64,000 bases of DNA from Felis catus. Taxonomy: Eukaryota. The notes beneath the pieces are model-generated. The model was given only the letters and a program-made list of their open reading frames with translations. It searched no databases and had not been told where the DNA came from. Every line of letters starts with the position of its first letter. Position 1 is the first letter of the stretch. The position numbers and the translations under genes are program-made. Shown one piece after another: positions 1 to 12,670 of the stretch. Where the stretch lies: positions 170,316,001 to 170,380,000 of the forward strand of contig NC_058368.1 of the NCBI RefSeq assembly GCF_018350175.1. The letters are read 5' to 3'.

Positions 1-325
1 AGTGTGATGCTAAGTGAAATAAGCCATACAGAGAAAGACAGATACCGTATGTTTTCACTCTTATGTGGATCCCGAGAAACTTAACAGAAACCCATGGGGG
101 AGGGAAAGGAAAAAAAAAAAAGAGGTTAGAGTGGGAGAGAGCCAAAGCATAAGAGACTCTTAAAAACTGAGAACAAACTGAGGGTTGATGGGGGGTGGGA
201 GGGAGGGGAGGGTGGGTGATGGGTATTGAGGAGGGCACCTTTTGGGATGAGCACTGGGTGTTGTATGGAAACCAATTTGACAATAAATTGCATATATTGA
301 AAAAAAAATTAAAAAAAAAAAAAAG
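1..325 (+). mobile_element. L1_Fc-type LINE-1 3' end with poly(A)
   Basis: End of ORF2 (atgctaagtgaaataagc), felid L1 3'UTR, G-rich tract, AATAAA and A tail. Confidence 0.92.
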
Positions 326-461
326 AATGCACCTGTTCTGCTCCAGGATGAATTGGTATTTGGTTATCTGAGATCTATGTTGACTTGTGAATCACTAAAA
401 ATATTTCTGCATGACCTTAGTTTCAGTCTTGTCTTTAGATGTTTGGATAAAGAAAGCATGA

Positions 462-688
462 GGGGCGCCTGGGTGGCTCAGTCGGTTAAGCGCCCGACTT
501 TGGCTCAGGTCATGATCTCACGGTCTGTGAATTCGAGCCCTGCGTCCAGCTCTGTGCTGACAGCTCAGAGCCTGGTGCCCATTTCAGATTCTGTGTCTCC
601 CTCTCTCTCTGCCCCTCCCCTGTTCACGCTCTGTCTCTCTCTGTCTCAAAAATAAATAAACGTGTAAAAAAATTTAAAAAAAAAAAGA
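462..688 (+). mobile_element. CAN-SINE (SINEC_Fc type)
   Basis: ggggcgcctgggtggctcagtcggttaag head, CT tract, A tail, TSD aagaaagcatga. Confidence 0.95.
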
Positions 689-942
689 AAGCATGAGACA
701 TCATGATAGTAAGACATTTGGCATCATTTTATAAATGAGGAAACATTTGGGAGGACAAAATTATTTTACTCAAGCTAAGAAAGTACTAAAATAGTCATCT
801 TAAAACAGACATCTTTAAAACAATTGCTTTTCTCTGATTTTTAGTTACTTTACTTTAGTGTTGGATCATTTGAAATTAGAGAGCCTGGCTAGGATGGTAG
901 CATTGTCACCAATCATGATACTTGATTAAAATTGTAAATCTT

Positions 943-1167
943 GGGGCGCCTGGGTGGCGCAGTCGGTTAAGCGTCCGACTTCAGCCAGGTCACGATCTCA
1001 CGGTCCGTGAGTTCGAGCCCCGCGTCAGGCTCTGGGCTGATGGCTCGGAGCCTGGAGCCTGTTTCCGATTCTGTGTCTCCCTCTCTCTCTGCCCCTCCCC
1101 CGTTCATGCTCTGTCTCTCTCTGTCCCCCAAAAAAAATAAATAAATGTTGAAAAAAAATTTTTTTTA
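943..1167 (+). mobile_element. Young CAN-SINE (SINEC_Fc type)
   Basis: CpG-rich tRNA-derived head; TSD aattgtaaatctt. Confidence 0.95.
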
Positions 1168-1340
1168 ATTGTAAATCTTCAGCTTGTTTACTATAAGAAG
1201 AGATTACTGATGCTACAATCCTTGTAGTATTTTAAAGGTAGGATCAAGCAACTTAATAGCTATAAATTACATAGTATGGTGTCTATGACATAACTTTAAT
1301 TGAATGCTGAAGATCTATTGTTATTTAATAGTAGTTTCTT

Positions 1341-1765
1341 GGGGCACCTGGGTGGACTTCAGTGCCAGACTTCAGCTCAGGTCATGATCTCATGGTTCAT
1401 GGGTTTGAGCTCCACATTGGGCTCTGTGCTGAGCTCAAAGCCTGGAGTCTGCTTCAGATTCTGTGTCTCCTTCTCTCTCTGCCCCTCCCATGCTCATGCT
1501 CTGTCTCTCTCTCAAAAATAAATGAACATTGGGGTAGCTGGGTGGCTCAGTTAGTTAAGCGTCCAACTTCAGCTCAGGTCATGATCTCATAGTTCCTCAG
1601 TTCGAGCCCCACGTCGGGCTCTGTGCTCACAGCTCAGCCTGGAGCCTGCCTCACATTCCATGTTTCCCTCTCTCTCTGCCCCATCCCCACACATACTCTG
1701 TCTCTCTCTGTCTTAAAAGAAATAAAACATTTTTAAAAAAATAAATAAATATTTAAAAAATTTTA
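1341..1765 (+). mobile_element. Two nested CAN-SINEs (second starts at 1531 in the tail of the first)
   Basis: Two heads; outer TSD aatagtagtttctt at 1327-1340 and 1766-1779. Confidence 0.9.
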
Positions 1766-2382
1766 AATAGTAGTTTCTTAAATGATAACAATCAGGCGAT
1801 GGGACCATGTTTTTCCTGCTTCTGGAGAAGAAAACTAGAAAAATGATGTGAGTGAGAAGGAATAGGGATTAGAAAAGAATAAGGTAAAATCAATTATATT
1901 TATTAATTTTAATCCACCTTATCTAGGAATAGATCATATCAAACTTTGGGAGGAAACTATGTATTATGAAGTACATATCAAACATTAGAAATATTCTTTT
2001 ACTCCATGAAACATATTTTCCAAAATATTTACCTGGCACTTAACCTATATGCTTTTGAGAGCTAGTTACTTTATTTCTTCATTTAAGTTGTGATGTACAC
2101 AACCATCTCTCCCTAGGTGACACTGTGAAACATGAAGAAGCCTGGTTTCTAGTTTTACAACAGGTTTGTACTCCTGTTAGAATTTCTGGGCATTCCATTC
2201 AATAAAACCCAGTTGAAATGTGTCCTCTTCCATAAAGCCTTACTGAAGTCCTTCAGGCAAAGGCAGCTTTTCCCTTGGGCTTCCAAAGACATTTGTAACT
2301 ACTCCTGTTACACTGCATTCTAAACATTTATTTACATACTTCTTTTCTCCACTAGATGGCAATCACAACAGTACAAAGTTAA

Positions 2383-2415
2383 TTTTTTTTTAAGTTTATT
2401 TATTTATTTATTTTT

Positions 2416-2446
<31 letters not shown>

Positions 2447-2499
2447 CGCGCGCGCGCGCGCGCGCGGGCGCGAGCACCAGCAGGGGAGGGGAAGGGAGG

Positions 2500-2538
<39 letters not shown>

Positions 2539-2648
2539 CTAAGTAGGCTCTGCACTGTCAGCACGGCTTGAAGTCACCAACGGTAAGATCACAACCTGAG
2601 ATGAAACCAAGAGTCAGATGCTTAACCTACTGAGTCAACCAGGCACCT
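2383..2648 (-). mobile_element. CAN-SINE with (GA)n(GC)n tract
   Basis: T tail, GA tracts, reverse-complement head ending ccaggcacc. Confidence 0.9.
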
Positions 2649-3389
2649 CTGAAATTTTTCTTTTTATTTCATCTTTTTCAGAGAGGGCATACATAAATAT
2701 TAACTAAGTAAGTAATGAAAGGAACAAAGTTGATCCTCTACTGTGGAATGGAACACAAAGACATATGTAAGATATTGACATCTATATCTAAATGTCAATG
2801 TAGATACAGATGTACACACATGGTATTTAGAGAGAAACACAATCACTTTCTTGCTTGACCTCTGTGGTTACTTCCAATGGTACGATGAAGAAGGCTGAGA
2901 CTCCTGACAATTCCCTCTGCTCCCACAGTGGCTTCCCAGCAGCAACTTCTGGCAATTTTTCTTGGCAGTGGCTCCCAGCACAGGCTCCCAACAGCTGCTC
3001 CCATCTGCAAGGGCTCTTCTCTGAAATGGGTCCCGCTAGCAGTGAGTTCCATTACCAAACTCCGGGGCAGCAACAACTCATCCTACCTTGAAGGACACTT
3101 GCCTGTTCCCTGCTCTCCTAGCACCATTTCTAGGGACAGCACGCAGCATGATCCACACAGAGCCCTTGGGGCAGTTACAGAGTAGAACTTCTCTTTTCAA
3201 GAAATACGTTCAAAGGTATGAAGATAAAAATCCTAAGTTATAAAATATATTTGCTATATTCTCTGGAATTTTCTATGGTCTACTCAAGGCTTTCTGAGGT
3301 TTGGGATTCCCCTCTAGAGTTGTAACTGCTTGTGGACATTCCACCAACCCTCAGTGACTGGCAGAACACAAGCCTACTGGACACGTTTT

Positions 3390-3727
3390 TGTCTTACCTT
3401 ATCTGAGAGCACACATCTCCCCTTTCTTCTGGTGAAAGCATTCTGATGTGCTTTGAGGGATGCTTCCCTCACCTAGTGTCAGTGCGTGTGGCTGAGCTGA
3501 AAAATAGATGACACCTACCAACCCTTTTGTTCAAGGGATTATGCTATGTTCTATGTTGCACAGATTCTATATTGTTTTCAAGCAATAGAATTCCAGGAAT
3601 TTTATCTATATAATTTATTTAATCTATGCATTAAAAAGATAAACTTTCTGATGGCCTTGTTAAAGATAAAAGATTATATAATCTCTAGCTGCTCATGGCA
3701 GTGTGTGGAGATGGCCTGCTTATGAGG

Positions 3728-3806
<79 letters not shown>

Positions 3807-3980
3807 CCCTGAAAATAATATTTGAATGCCAGGACTTAACCTGCCTGACCAGCCCTACCCATGGGCTTCTCTGTTACGTGACTTAATAAATTATTTTATT
3901 TTCATTTTTATTCTTATTAGCTGCATAAACTAGTTTGAATTAGCTTTCTGAAACTTGTAAACAAAATGGCTCAACTAAGT
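3390..3980 (+). mobile_element. Old MaLR (MLT1-type) LTR with (TG)n(AG)n microsatellite at 3731-3802
   Basis: MLT1-like 3' end (aataaattattt...agtttgaattagctttctgaaacttgtaaacaaaa). Confidence 0.55.
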
Positions 3981-4344
3981 GATCAGGAAACTAATAGAAT
4001 CATGGAAGCAATAAATCCCACTTGCCCATCTTTCTCTAAGTAGCAGCCATACAACCAGTCACCAGAATTCCTAGGACAGTTTTATTTCAAGTATTTCCTC
4101 CTATTTGCCCTATCAATATAGTTTTAATTTTCATATTTTATACTTTATTACTTATTTTCTAGAAATAAACAGTATTATGCCCATTGGGCTGAAGGACACC
4201 AATGAGAACCAAATTGCCCCATAGTTACTTTGGAACTTGCACTATTCTTTTACAAATCCGAAAGCACAAAAGGGGCTAATGACAGCTACTCTTCCACACA
4301 GAATTGTTGCAAAAATTAAATAGCATTTGTAAAAATAGGAAGAT

Positions 4345-4402
4345 ATATATATAGAGAGAGATAGATAGATATAGATATAGATATAGATATAGATATAGAT
4401 AT
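4345..4402. repeat. (GATATA)n / (TA)n microsatellite
   Basis: Read directly. Confidence 0.9.
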
Positions 4403-5769
4403 CAAAGAGTAGTATGTCAGTTCATGTAGTATATCAAATAACAAGTGTATAAAAATGTGTGGTTTCAATATTGTCATTCCTATGAAAACTTTGCAATGAT
4501 TGTGAGGTGCTTATGGATGGCCACATCTTCCCCAGCGCAGCCTAAGTCCTAGAAATAGCATTGGTGCCCTTGGTGGCATTTAGCACAGTTTTTGTTGCAT
4601 GTGAAAATGCCCTTGGTTGGCTGCTTGATCTGGATATGGTCCTCAGGAACGTTCTAGTTGAGAACACTTCACTAAAATCAAGTGGTTCTAATAAGTAGGG
4701 GGTAAATGGAAAATGCTCATCCAGATAATTTAATCCTCCCAAAAAGTATAAGAAAATTTCCAGAGAAATGAGGTATGTTGTAGGAATAATAGTTAATTGC
4801 TTTGTATTTGTTTCATTCTACGTGTGCAGATGTACTTAACACTTACGTGATCTAGTTGGAATGCCATGATAAAATCCTTATTTTATCCTTGTCCTGGGGA
4901 GTAATTTCCTTACTCATGGATGAGTTGGGGTGCCAGGAAACTAGCTTCAGTCTTTCCTGGGAAGTCTTCCTAGATCCAGTCAGCACTGTTTGAAGAAAGG
5001 CTATGAGAAGAAAACCAAGAACTTAGTGCCCACCCATTTCATTCTCTCACTTTTCACATGAATAAATCAAGCCACAGAGAGCTTTCACTGACACATGGAT
5101 ATTCACTTGCTGCTATACCCATTGCCATATTCTCCATTACTCTGTCACAAATTCTTCTGCACTGGGCATAACTGGGGCATACATAGAAGAGCTTTTTGTT
5201 TTAATAACCATATATTTAAATTACTGTATATTTAAAAATTATAACAATCAAACTTGAGATTTCATAAGTATTAGTACTAAGGACAAGGATAAGTTAAAAA
5301 TAGTAGAGACAGTTGGTTTAAGTTGGATTAGTGAAAATTAAAATGACATGTGAGAGGTAGGTGGCTGTGGCCAAAAATTATGAATGTGATGAGACTGGCA
5401 AAAATCTGAAAAACCATTCTTTTCATGACATGTGGTATGACAATATATATATATATGCATACATACTATATAATAGGAAAAGTTCTTACAAAGATGTAAA
5501 ATTGAAATAATTTTGTTTCATTTTGAACAACTGATTCTATTGAAAGTAATAAAAGTTCAGGAAAATATAAAACAAAATAAGCATCAAGTAAACGGTTTTC
5601 TATTTAAAAATTTTTCTAATATGGAAGTTCAATTTTCCAGGAATTCTGTTTTCTTCAAAATTGTTAGTTCTCTTTTTTCTAACAAGTCTTGGCAAAAATA
5701 AACAAGTTATTTGGGTAACTGAGACAAATTAAACTTATTCATTAGTGATGGTTTTTTCAACTACTGAAT

Positions 5770-6125
5770 TACTCATTTGATTAAAATTATTAAAGGATCC
5801 CCACCTGCTTGGCACTATTCTAGGCACTGGGAACACAACAGTGAGTAAAAAGTAAAAATATGTACTGTTCTGGAGTTTACATCAAAGTGAATGAGGAAGG
5901 CAATAAAGAATGGTTATATAATATGTTAAAAAGTGTTAAGTACTATCATAAAATGTATAATGGGGCAAAGTGATAGAGATTGACCAGAAGAGACTTCTGT
6001 GTTAAAAAAAAATAAAAAGTCCTCTCTGAAGAGACATATGAACACGGTCCAAATGAAGTAAAAGAGTGAGCCTTATGAATATTTGGGAAAGAACAATCTG
6101 GGCTGAAGGAAAAGCATTTGCCAAT
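5770..6125 (-). mobile_element. L2 3' fragment
   Basis: ggcactattctaggcactgggaacacaacagtgag motif; a similar piece lies at ~6635-6800. Confidence 0.6.
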
Positions 6126-7502
6126 CACTTCATAAACCCAACATATCTTCCCTATCCCTTAAGTAGTATACATTTTAGGCTGTGCCTGTGATTCTCACCA
6201 ACATGCAACAAAAGAAATTTCCAATCAGGGTGTGATATTTAAGGCACGCATGACAACGATATATTTAAAAGTCCTTTTGTATGCATTGTTATATTTGGTA
6301 TGCACACCCACCTTGTGGTATGGAAAAGCACTTTTTATCATCTCTACTTTATAGGATAAAATTTTTAGAGAAGTTAAGTGATATCTCTAAAAACATTCAG
6401 GTAACATCCAACAAATCCTAGCCTCAGATCTAGGTCTGGTGTAGGAAGTCTATTCCATTAAGCGGGGAAAGAGGGAGGGAGGGAGGGAGGGAAAAAAGGG
6501 AGAAAAGGAGGGAAGAAGAAAAAAGTTTACTTTGATTTCTTAAAGTTAGAAATACTTCTTTTAGAAACACTTTAAAAACATGTAAAAGAAAAAGAAAAAA
6601 TCGTATCTACACTTTGATACACATTCAATTATTTTATACATTCATTCAAATAATATCTGAGTTCCCATATGTGCCAGGTACCGTGGCGGGTGTTAGGGAT
6701 ACAGCAGTGAACAATTAAGACAAAAATCTTTGTCTTAATGGACCTTATATGAGGCCCTTTTCACAGAGTAAGAGGGTCAATAAACAAGATAAATAACTGA
6801 AATATAACCATGTTAGATAGTGATGTGATCTGAATATACAATAGAATGGGTATATACCATGAAATGATACTTCACATTTAAAACAATGTTTTACAAATAA
6901 AAGTACTGGAAACATGTGCCCTAAGAGAAACTCACTTCCCCTCTACTTTTAAGTCCGAGTGAAAAAGCTAATATGGACTATAGGTATTTTGATCCAAAAG
7001 AGGACACTAACAAGAATAAACTTATATAAATGCTTTAAAATCTTGAGTTGGAAGAAAAATGATGTAAGGAAAATCCTGATATAGTCCAAACATTCTAGAA
7101 TAAAGATTTCTAATCTACTTCAGCAAAATGTAGAAATTGGGGGTGAGGTCGGAGAGAGAAGAAAGACACTTGGTGGACTGAGGTGGGGGTGGGAAGGAAG
7201 GGGTGTAGGGGAGAGTAAAAATACTTTACAGATCTCTCATCCTATTTGTGTTCAAAAGAAATGGGGGATAGTTTATGTTGTGGGAGAATGCATTTGTATT
7301 TTATTTTCAAACACTATTAAAGATATGGGTGTGGTTACAAGAGTGAGGAGGGGGAAGGTAGATATTAACAGAACAGAGGAGTAAGGTAGGACTTTCACTA
7401 AACATGAGGAATAAATGAAAAGAATAATAATTTGATCCAACTAGCAAAGAAAAAAAAGTAGAACTAGAAACAGAGAAGACTAATGCAAAGTAAATTTAAT
7501 CT

Positions 7503-7731
7503 GGGGCGCCTGGGTGGCTCAGTCAGTTGAGCGTCCAACTTCAGGTCATGATCTCATAGTTTGTGGGTTGGAGCCCCATGGCTGGCTCTGTGTGCACAGC
7601 TCAGAGCCTGAAATGAAGACTGCTTCGAATACTGTGTCTCCCTCTTTCTGCCCCTCCCTTGTTCATGTTTTGTCTCTTTCTGTCTGTCAAAAAAATAAAT
7701 AAAATAAAATAAAATGTTAAAAAATTTTTTT
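7503..7731 (+). mobile_element. CAN-SINE
   Basis: Head and tail; TSD aagtaaatttaatct. Confidence 0.93.
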
Positions 7732-8209
7732 AAGTAAATTTAATCTATTAGATGAACTCTATTAGATGGAATGAATAAGCATGACTCCTTATACTGACAG
7801 GAAACAGACCATTTTCTCCAAACTGGAGAAAAAAGATAGTAAAAAATGGCTGTTAAAATAAAATCTACATACTTTTTATTAACACACATACACACGTGTA
7901 CACACACACACACACACACACACACCCCTAAAATATAGTGGCAAAGATGGTTTAGAAATTAAGGAGATAGACCAAGAAACACCAGTTAAATCTAAGCAAA
8001 ACAAAAAAATTCAAAATTAAAATATCGATATTGAAAAATCACTATTTAAAATTCACTATTAAAAGAAGTAAACAAAATAAAAATAAACATCATATAATTA
8101 TAAAAGACACAATTTATAAAGATACAGCAATTACAACCTCTATGGCTCAAAAACATTGCATATGATTATATAAAATGTTTTAGAAAGAGATGTTAAAAAT
8201 GAAATTTTA

Positions 8210-8447
8210 GGGGCGCCTGGGTGGCGCAGTCGGTTAAGCGTCCGACGTCAGCCAGGTCACGATCTTGCCGTCCGTGAGTTCGAGCCCCGCGTCAGGCTCT
8301 GGGCTGATGGCTCAGAGCCTGGAGCCTGTTTCCGATTCTGTGTCTCCCTCTCTCTCTGCCCCTCTGCCATTCATGCTCTCTCTCTCTGTCCCAAAAATAA
8401 ATAAACGTTGAAAAAAAAATTTTTAAAAAAAATAAATAAATAAAAAT
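8210..8447 (+). mobile_element. Young CAN-SINE (SINEC_Fc type)
   Basis: TSD aaaaatgaaattttag. Confidence 0.95.
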
Positions 8448-8728
8448 AAAAATGAAATTTTAGAGAAAGACTTTGAACTATACATGTAGTGTATTGGACA
8501 GATGTATAAATCCCTTCACTCCTGGTTTAAAAAAAAAAAAGCTAGGGGAACAGCATAAGTGAATCAAAAACCTTGACTCAGTAGATCCATATAATTTCAT
8601 GTAATACATACATATGCACTTATGATTTAAGGGACATTATTTATTTATAATCCATTGAACATTTTCATAAGTTACACATGTACTTTGCCAAAAAGAAACT
8701 TTAACATATTTTTAAAAATCACATTCTC

Positions 8729-8858
8729 TGGAGGTGCCTGGGTGGCTCAGTCAGTTAAGTGTCTGACTCTTGATTTCAGCTCAGGTCATGATCTCATGGT
8801 TCATGAGTTTGAGCCCCACATAGGGCCCCATGCTGACAGTGTGGAGCATGCTTGGGAT

Positions 8859-8889
<31 letters not shown>

Positions 8890-8980
8890 TGCTCTCGCTC
8901 TCACTCTCACTCGTGCTTTCTCTCTTTCTCAGCCCCTCCCCCGCTCTCTCACTCTCTCAAAATAAATACACTTAGAAAAA
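8729..8980 (+). mobile_element. CAN-SINE
   Basis: Head, long CT tract, tail. Confidence 0.92.
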
Positions 8981-9097
8981 ATCATTCTCTGACTATAATC
9001 TAAAAATTAGAAATTAATAATAAAAACAATATTTTGAATTTAGAAACACATTCCCAGATAGCTCTTAAATTTAAGAGGAAATTAAAAAGAAAAATCA

Positions 9098-9325
9098 GGG
9101 TGCCTCGGTAGCTCAGTTGGTTAAGCATCTGACTCTTGATTTTGGCTCAGGTCATAATCTCATGGTTCATGGGATCAAGCCCAGCACTGGGCTCCAAGCT
9201 GACAGAGCAGGGCCTGCTCAGGATACTCTCTCTCCCTCTCTCTCCCTCTCTCTCTTCCCTTCCCCTGCTTGTGCTTTCTCTCTTTCTCAAAATAAACATT
9301 TCTAAAAAAAGAAAGAAAAAGAGAA
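9098..9325 (+). mobile_element. CAN-SINE
   Basis: Head, CT tract, A-rich tail. Confidence 0.9.
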
Positions 9326-10769
9326 AAATCAAACTGTATGGAAAGCAATAAAAATTTCATAATAGAATCTTTGGACACAAAGAAAGTTGTGCCAAAGAAA
9401 GAGTTTACAACATGCCTTTAAATGTTTTTATTAAGAAATAACAGTAAAATTGAGAGATATATTAAAATAAAAAATAATTAGAAACTAGGAATAAAAAGAG
9501 AAAAAAGCTGAAATTTATTAAATAGAAAAATAAAAAATAGAAAAGGGAACAAATAAATCCTGCCTTGAACCTTCATGTAAGTAAGAAAGAGAGAGAGCGA
9601 GAGAGGGAAGGAGAGAAGGTGTGAAGGAATAGAAGAGATGGAGCAAGCAAAAAAAAATAAGCAATGTTGGGGATCAGAAGATATAACTATGGATACAAGA
9701 AAGATGATAATTGTAAGAGAATACTACATGCAGCTCTATTGAAACAAATTTGAAAACCTAAGAAGTAATATATATTTTACAGGTAAAATAAAAATTATTA
9801 AAATTTACCCCAGTTGGGGAAAACATGAATAGATCAATTTTCATAGAAAAAACTAGAAAGGTGATTAAAGACCTATCATAGAAATAAGAACCTGGTGGAC
9901 AGAACAAGTAGCAGACAAACCAAAAACCTACTGCCCCCCCCCCAAAAAAAGGAAAAAAAACCTCGGAATAAAGTTTCTTGGGGTAATACTTGTTCAGAAG
10001 ACCCATCTCATTTCCTGAAGTAGATGTAGTGCCCAGAACTAGACACATGATCAGAAAAGATCAGACAGAACCCTAGGCTTGCACCTCTGACAGACATATA
10101 GGTTCTGGACTCTGCTCAACATGTTGATAAAAGCTAAGGCTGTTTTATGCAGTGCATCTTAGTGACGAGGAAGTGATCAAACTTCGTGCCAAGCTGCAAA
10201 AAACTAAGAGAGTGGTATTTATGCTCATCCTCTTGGCTCTAGTAATTTAAGGAAATCTCTGTCAGGTCACTGACTGACAACTGAGAAAATAGACAGAATT
10301 CAGTGTTGATACTTGACAATGAATACAATCTCGGCAAAAATAGTTTGGAAACACCGTCAAACAGTCGGATGACTGAAGCCATCAATGGTTATCAACAGAG
10401 AACCCTGGAGAAGAGAAAAATTTGATTTCCTGAATTACTACATGATGATATTCAACATTTATTTTCAACAAAATAAAAATGACAATAAAAATCATAAGGC
10501 ATACAAAGAAATAATGAAGTATGGCCCATTCAAAGGAAAACAAAAAGTTGACAGAATCTGGCCCTAAAGAAGTCTAAACATTATACCTACTGGATAAATA
10601 CCTAAGGCAACCGTGTTAAATATACTCAAAATGCTAAAGAAGACTATGGACAAAGAAGTAAAGGAAATCTGAAAAGTGATGTATGTGCAAAATGAGAACA
10701 TCAATAAAGAGATAAAAATATTATAAAAGGAATAAAAAAGAAACACTGGAAGTAAAAATTACAATAACC

Positions 10770-10928
10770 AGCGGTGCCTGGGTGGCTCAGTCGATTAAGC
10801 ATCCGAGTTTGGTTCAAGTCATGACCTCACGGTTCATGAGTTTAAGCCCTTCATCAAGCTTTCTGTTGTCAGAACAGAGCCTGCTTAGGATCCTCTGCCT
10901 CCCTCTGTCTCTTCCTGTCATGCGCGCG

Positions 10929-10959
<31 letters not shown>

Positions 10960-10982
10960 AAAAATAAATAGACATTAAAAAA
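10770..10982 (+). mobile_element. CAN-SINE
   Basis: TSD aaaaattacaataac. Confidence 0.9.
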
Positions 10983-11811
10983 TTACAATAACTGAAAAAA
11001 ATTACAATGACTGAAATAAAAAATTCCCTAGAAGTATTCAATGGCAGGCATGAGCAGGTAAAAAATCTGTGAACTTGAAGATAAACAATTGAAATTCCCC
11101 GGTCTTAGATCCAGAAAGAACAAAGAATGAGGAAAAGTAAACAGTCTGAGGGATTGTCTGGACACTATTAGCAGATCAATGTATTACTGTATGGGAGTCC
11201 TTTAGAAAGAAAAGTGAGGAAACACTGTTTGAAAAAGTAATGGCTGAAAACTTTGCAAGTTTGATAAAAGATATGAATCTACACATACCAAAAAATCTCA
11301 ACAAACTCCAGGCAGAATAATGTAGAGATCAACACTCAGACACATTAAAATCAAGTGAAAAACAAAGAAAAGCTGAAAATACCAAAAATAGCAAGAGAAA
11401 GTGACTGCTCATGTATATGGTATTCTCAATGAGATTATTAGCAAACCTCTCATAAGAAACCATGAAGGCTAAAAGGCAGTGGGATGAAATATTTAAAGTC
11501 TTAAAGAAAAAAAAATATGAAGGAAAAATTGCAAGTCTGGCAACACCATCCTTTAGAAATGCACAAATTAAGACATCCCCGGAAACAAAAGTTAAGAGAG
11601 TTTTTTGCCTATAGCCCTGACCTACAAGAAATGCTAAAGAAAATCCTTCAGTCTAAAATGAAAGAACACTAGACAATACCTCAAAGCCATATGAGGGCAT
11701 AAAGAACATTGGTAAAGGTAAACTACATAGATAAATTTAAAAGCCAGTGCCAATACATTCTTTAGTTGTAACACTTGTTTTATTTTCTACATGATTTAAA
11801 AGACAAATGCA

Positions 11812-12034
11812 GGGGCGCCTGGGTGGCGCAGTCGGTTAAGCGTCCGACTTCAGCCAGGTCATGATCTTGCGGTCTGTGAGTTCGAGCCCCGCGTCAGGCT
11901 CTGGGCTGATGGCTCAGAGCTTGGAGTCTGTTTCCGATTCTGTGTCTCCCTCTCTCTCTGCCCCTCCCCCGTTCATGCTCTGTCTCTCTCTGTCCCAAAA
12001 ATAAATAAACGTTGAAAAAAAAATTTTTTTAAAT
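11812..12034 (+). mobile_element. Young CAN-SINE (SINEC_Fc type)
   Basis: TSD aaaagacaaatgca. Confidence 0.95.
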
Positions 12035-12135
12035 AAAAGACAAATGCATAAAATAGTCATTCTGAAACTATGTTAATGGGAACACAATGTATAAATATAA
12101 TTTGTTAACAATTTAAAGGGGGTGGGAGAAGGAGT

Positions 12136-12670
12136 TGTCTTATTTCCTGAAAACTAGAGCTTACAATTTATCCTTATCTTGAATCTCTTCCCATTGCCTT
12201 TTGCCACAACATTTACTATTCTGCCTTTAAGCAGAACCTCTCCAAGTTCTGTTTTATATGAAGTTAGTCCCTTTGGGAAGAGATTAGGAGTTAACTTCTT
12301 ATAACCTGCTTCTCCACCCAGAGAAATTTCTGAGCCAGAAATCTGGAAGTGGGTGTCAAAGGGGTGAGGTGGGAAGGGAAGAGGGACAAAAATAAGCTTC
12401 TTTCTGAGTGATACACTCACTCTAAGAGCTAAGTGCTTGGTGTTGGTGGAGAAAGTAGCCTGATGTCATTTTGGCTTGCCTCTCCTGGTATGGAACCAAC
12501 ATTGCATGAGCTGAAGTAGGGATATTCAGAGCCCCAACATTCTCAAGATGCTGTGTCTTTGGTAGAGCCAACATTCCACGAGTGGAGACTGGATGGAAGA
12601 CAGGAGTTCCCATCTCTCAAATGTACTCTCCAGGAACTTAGCCTTAGCAACAGGCTGTTTTCAAAAGACA
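12136..12670. mobile_element. Probable old LTR inserted in L1M
   Basis: GC-richer block bounded by TG...CA (tgtctt...aagaca) that interrupts L1 sequence; family not identified. Confidence 0.4.

Noticed and set aside
2843..3185. GC-richer patch with three overlapping ORFs
   Set aside because: No recognisable protein and no convincing splice pattern; probably old repeat or regulatory DNA.
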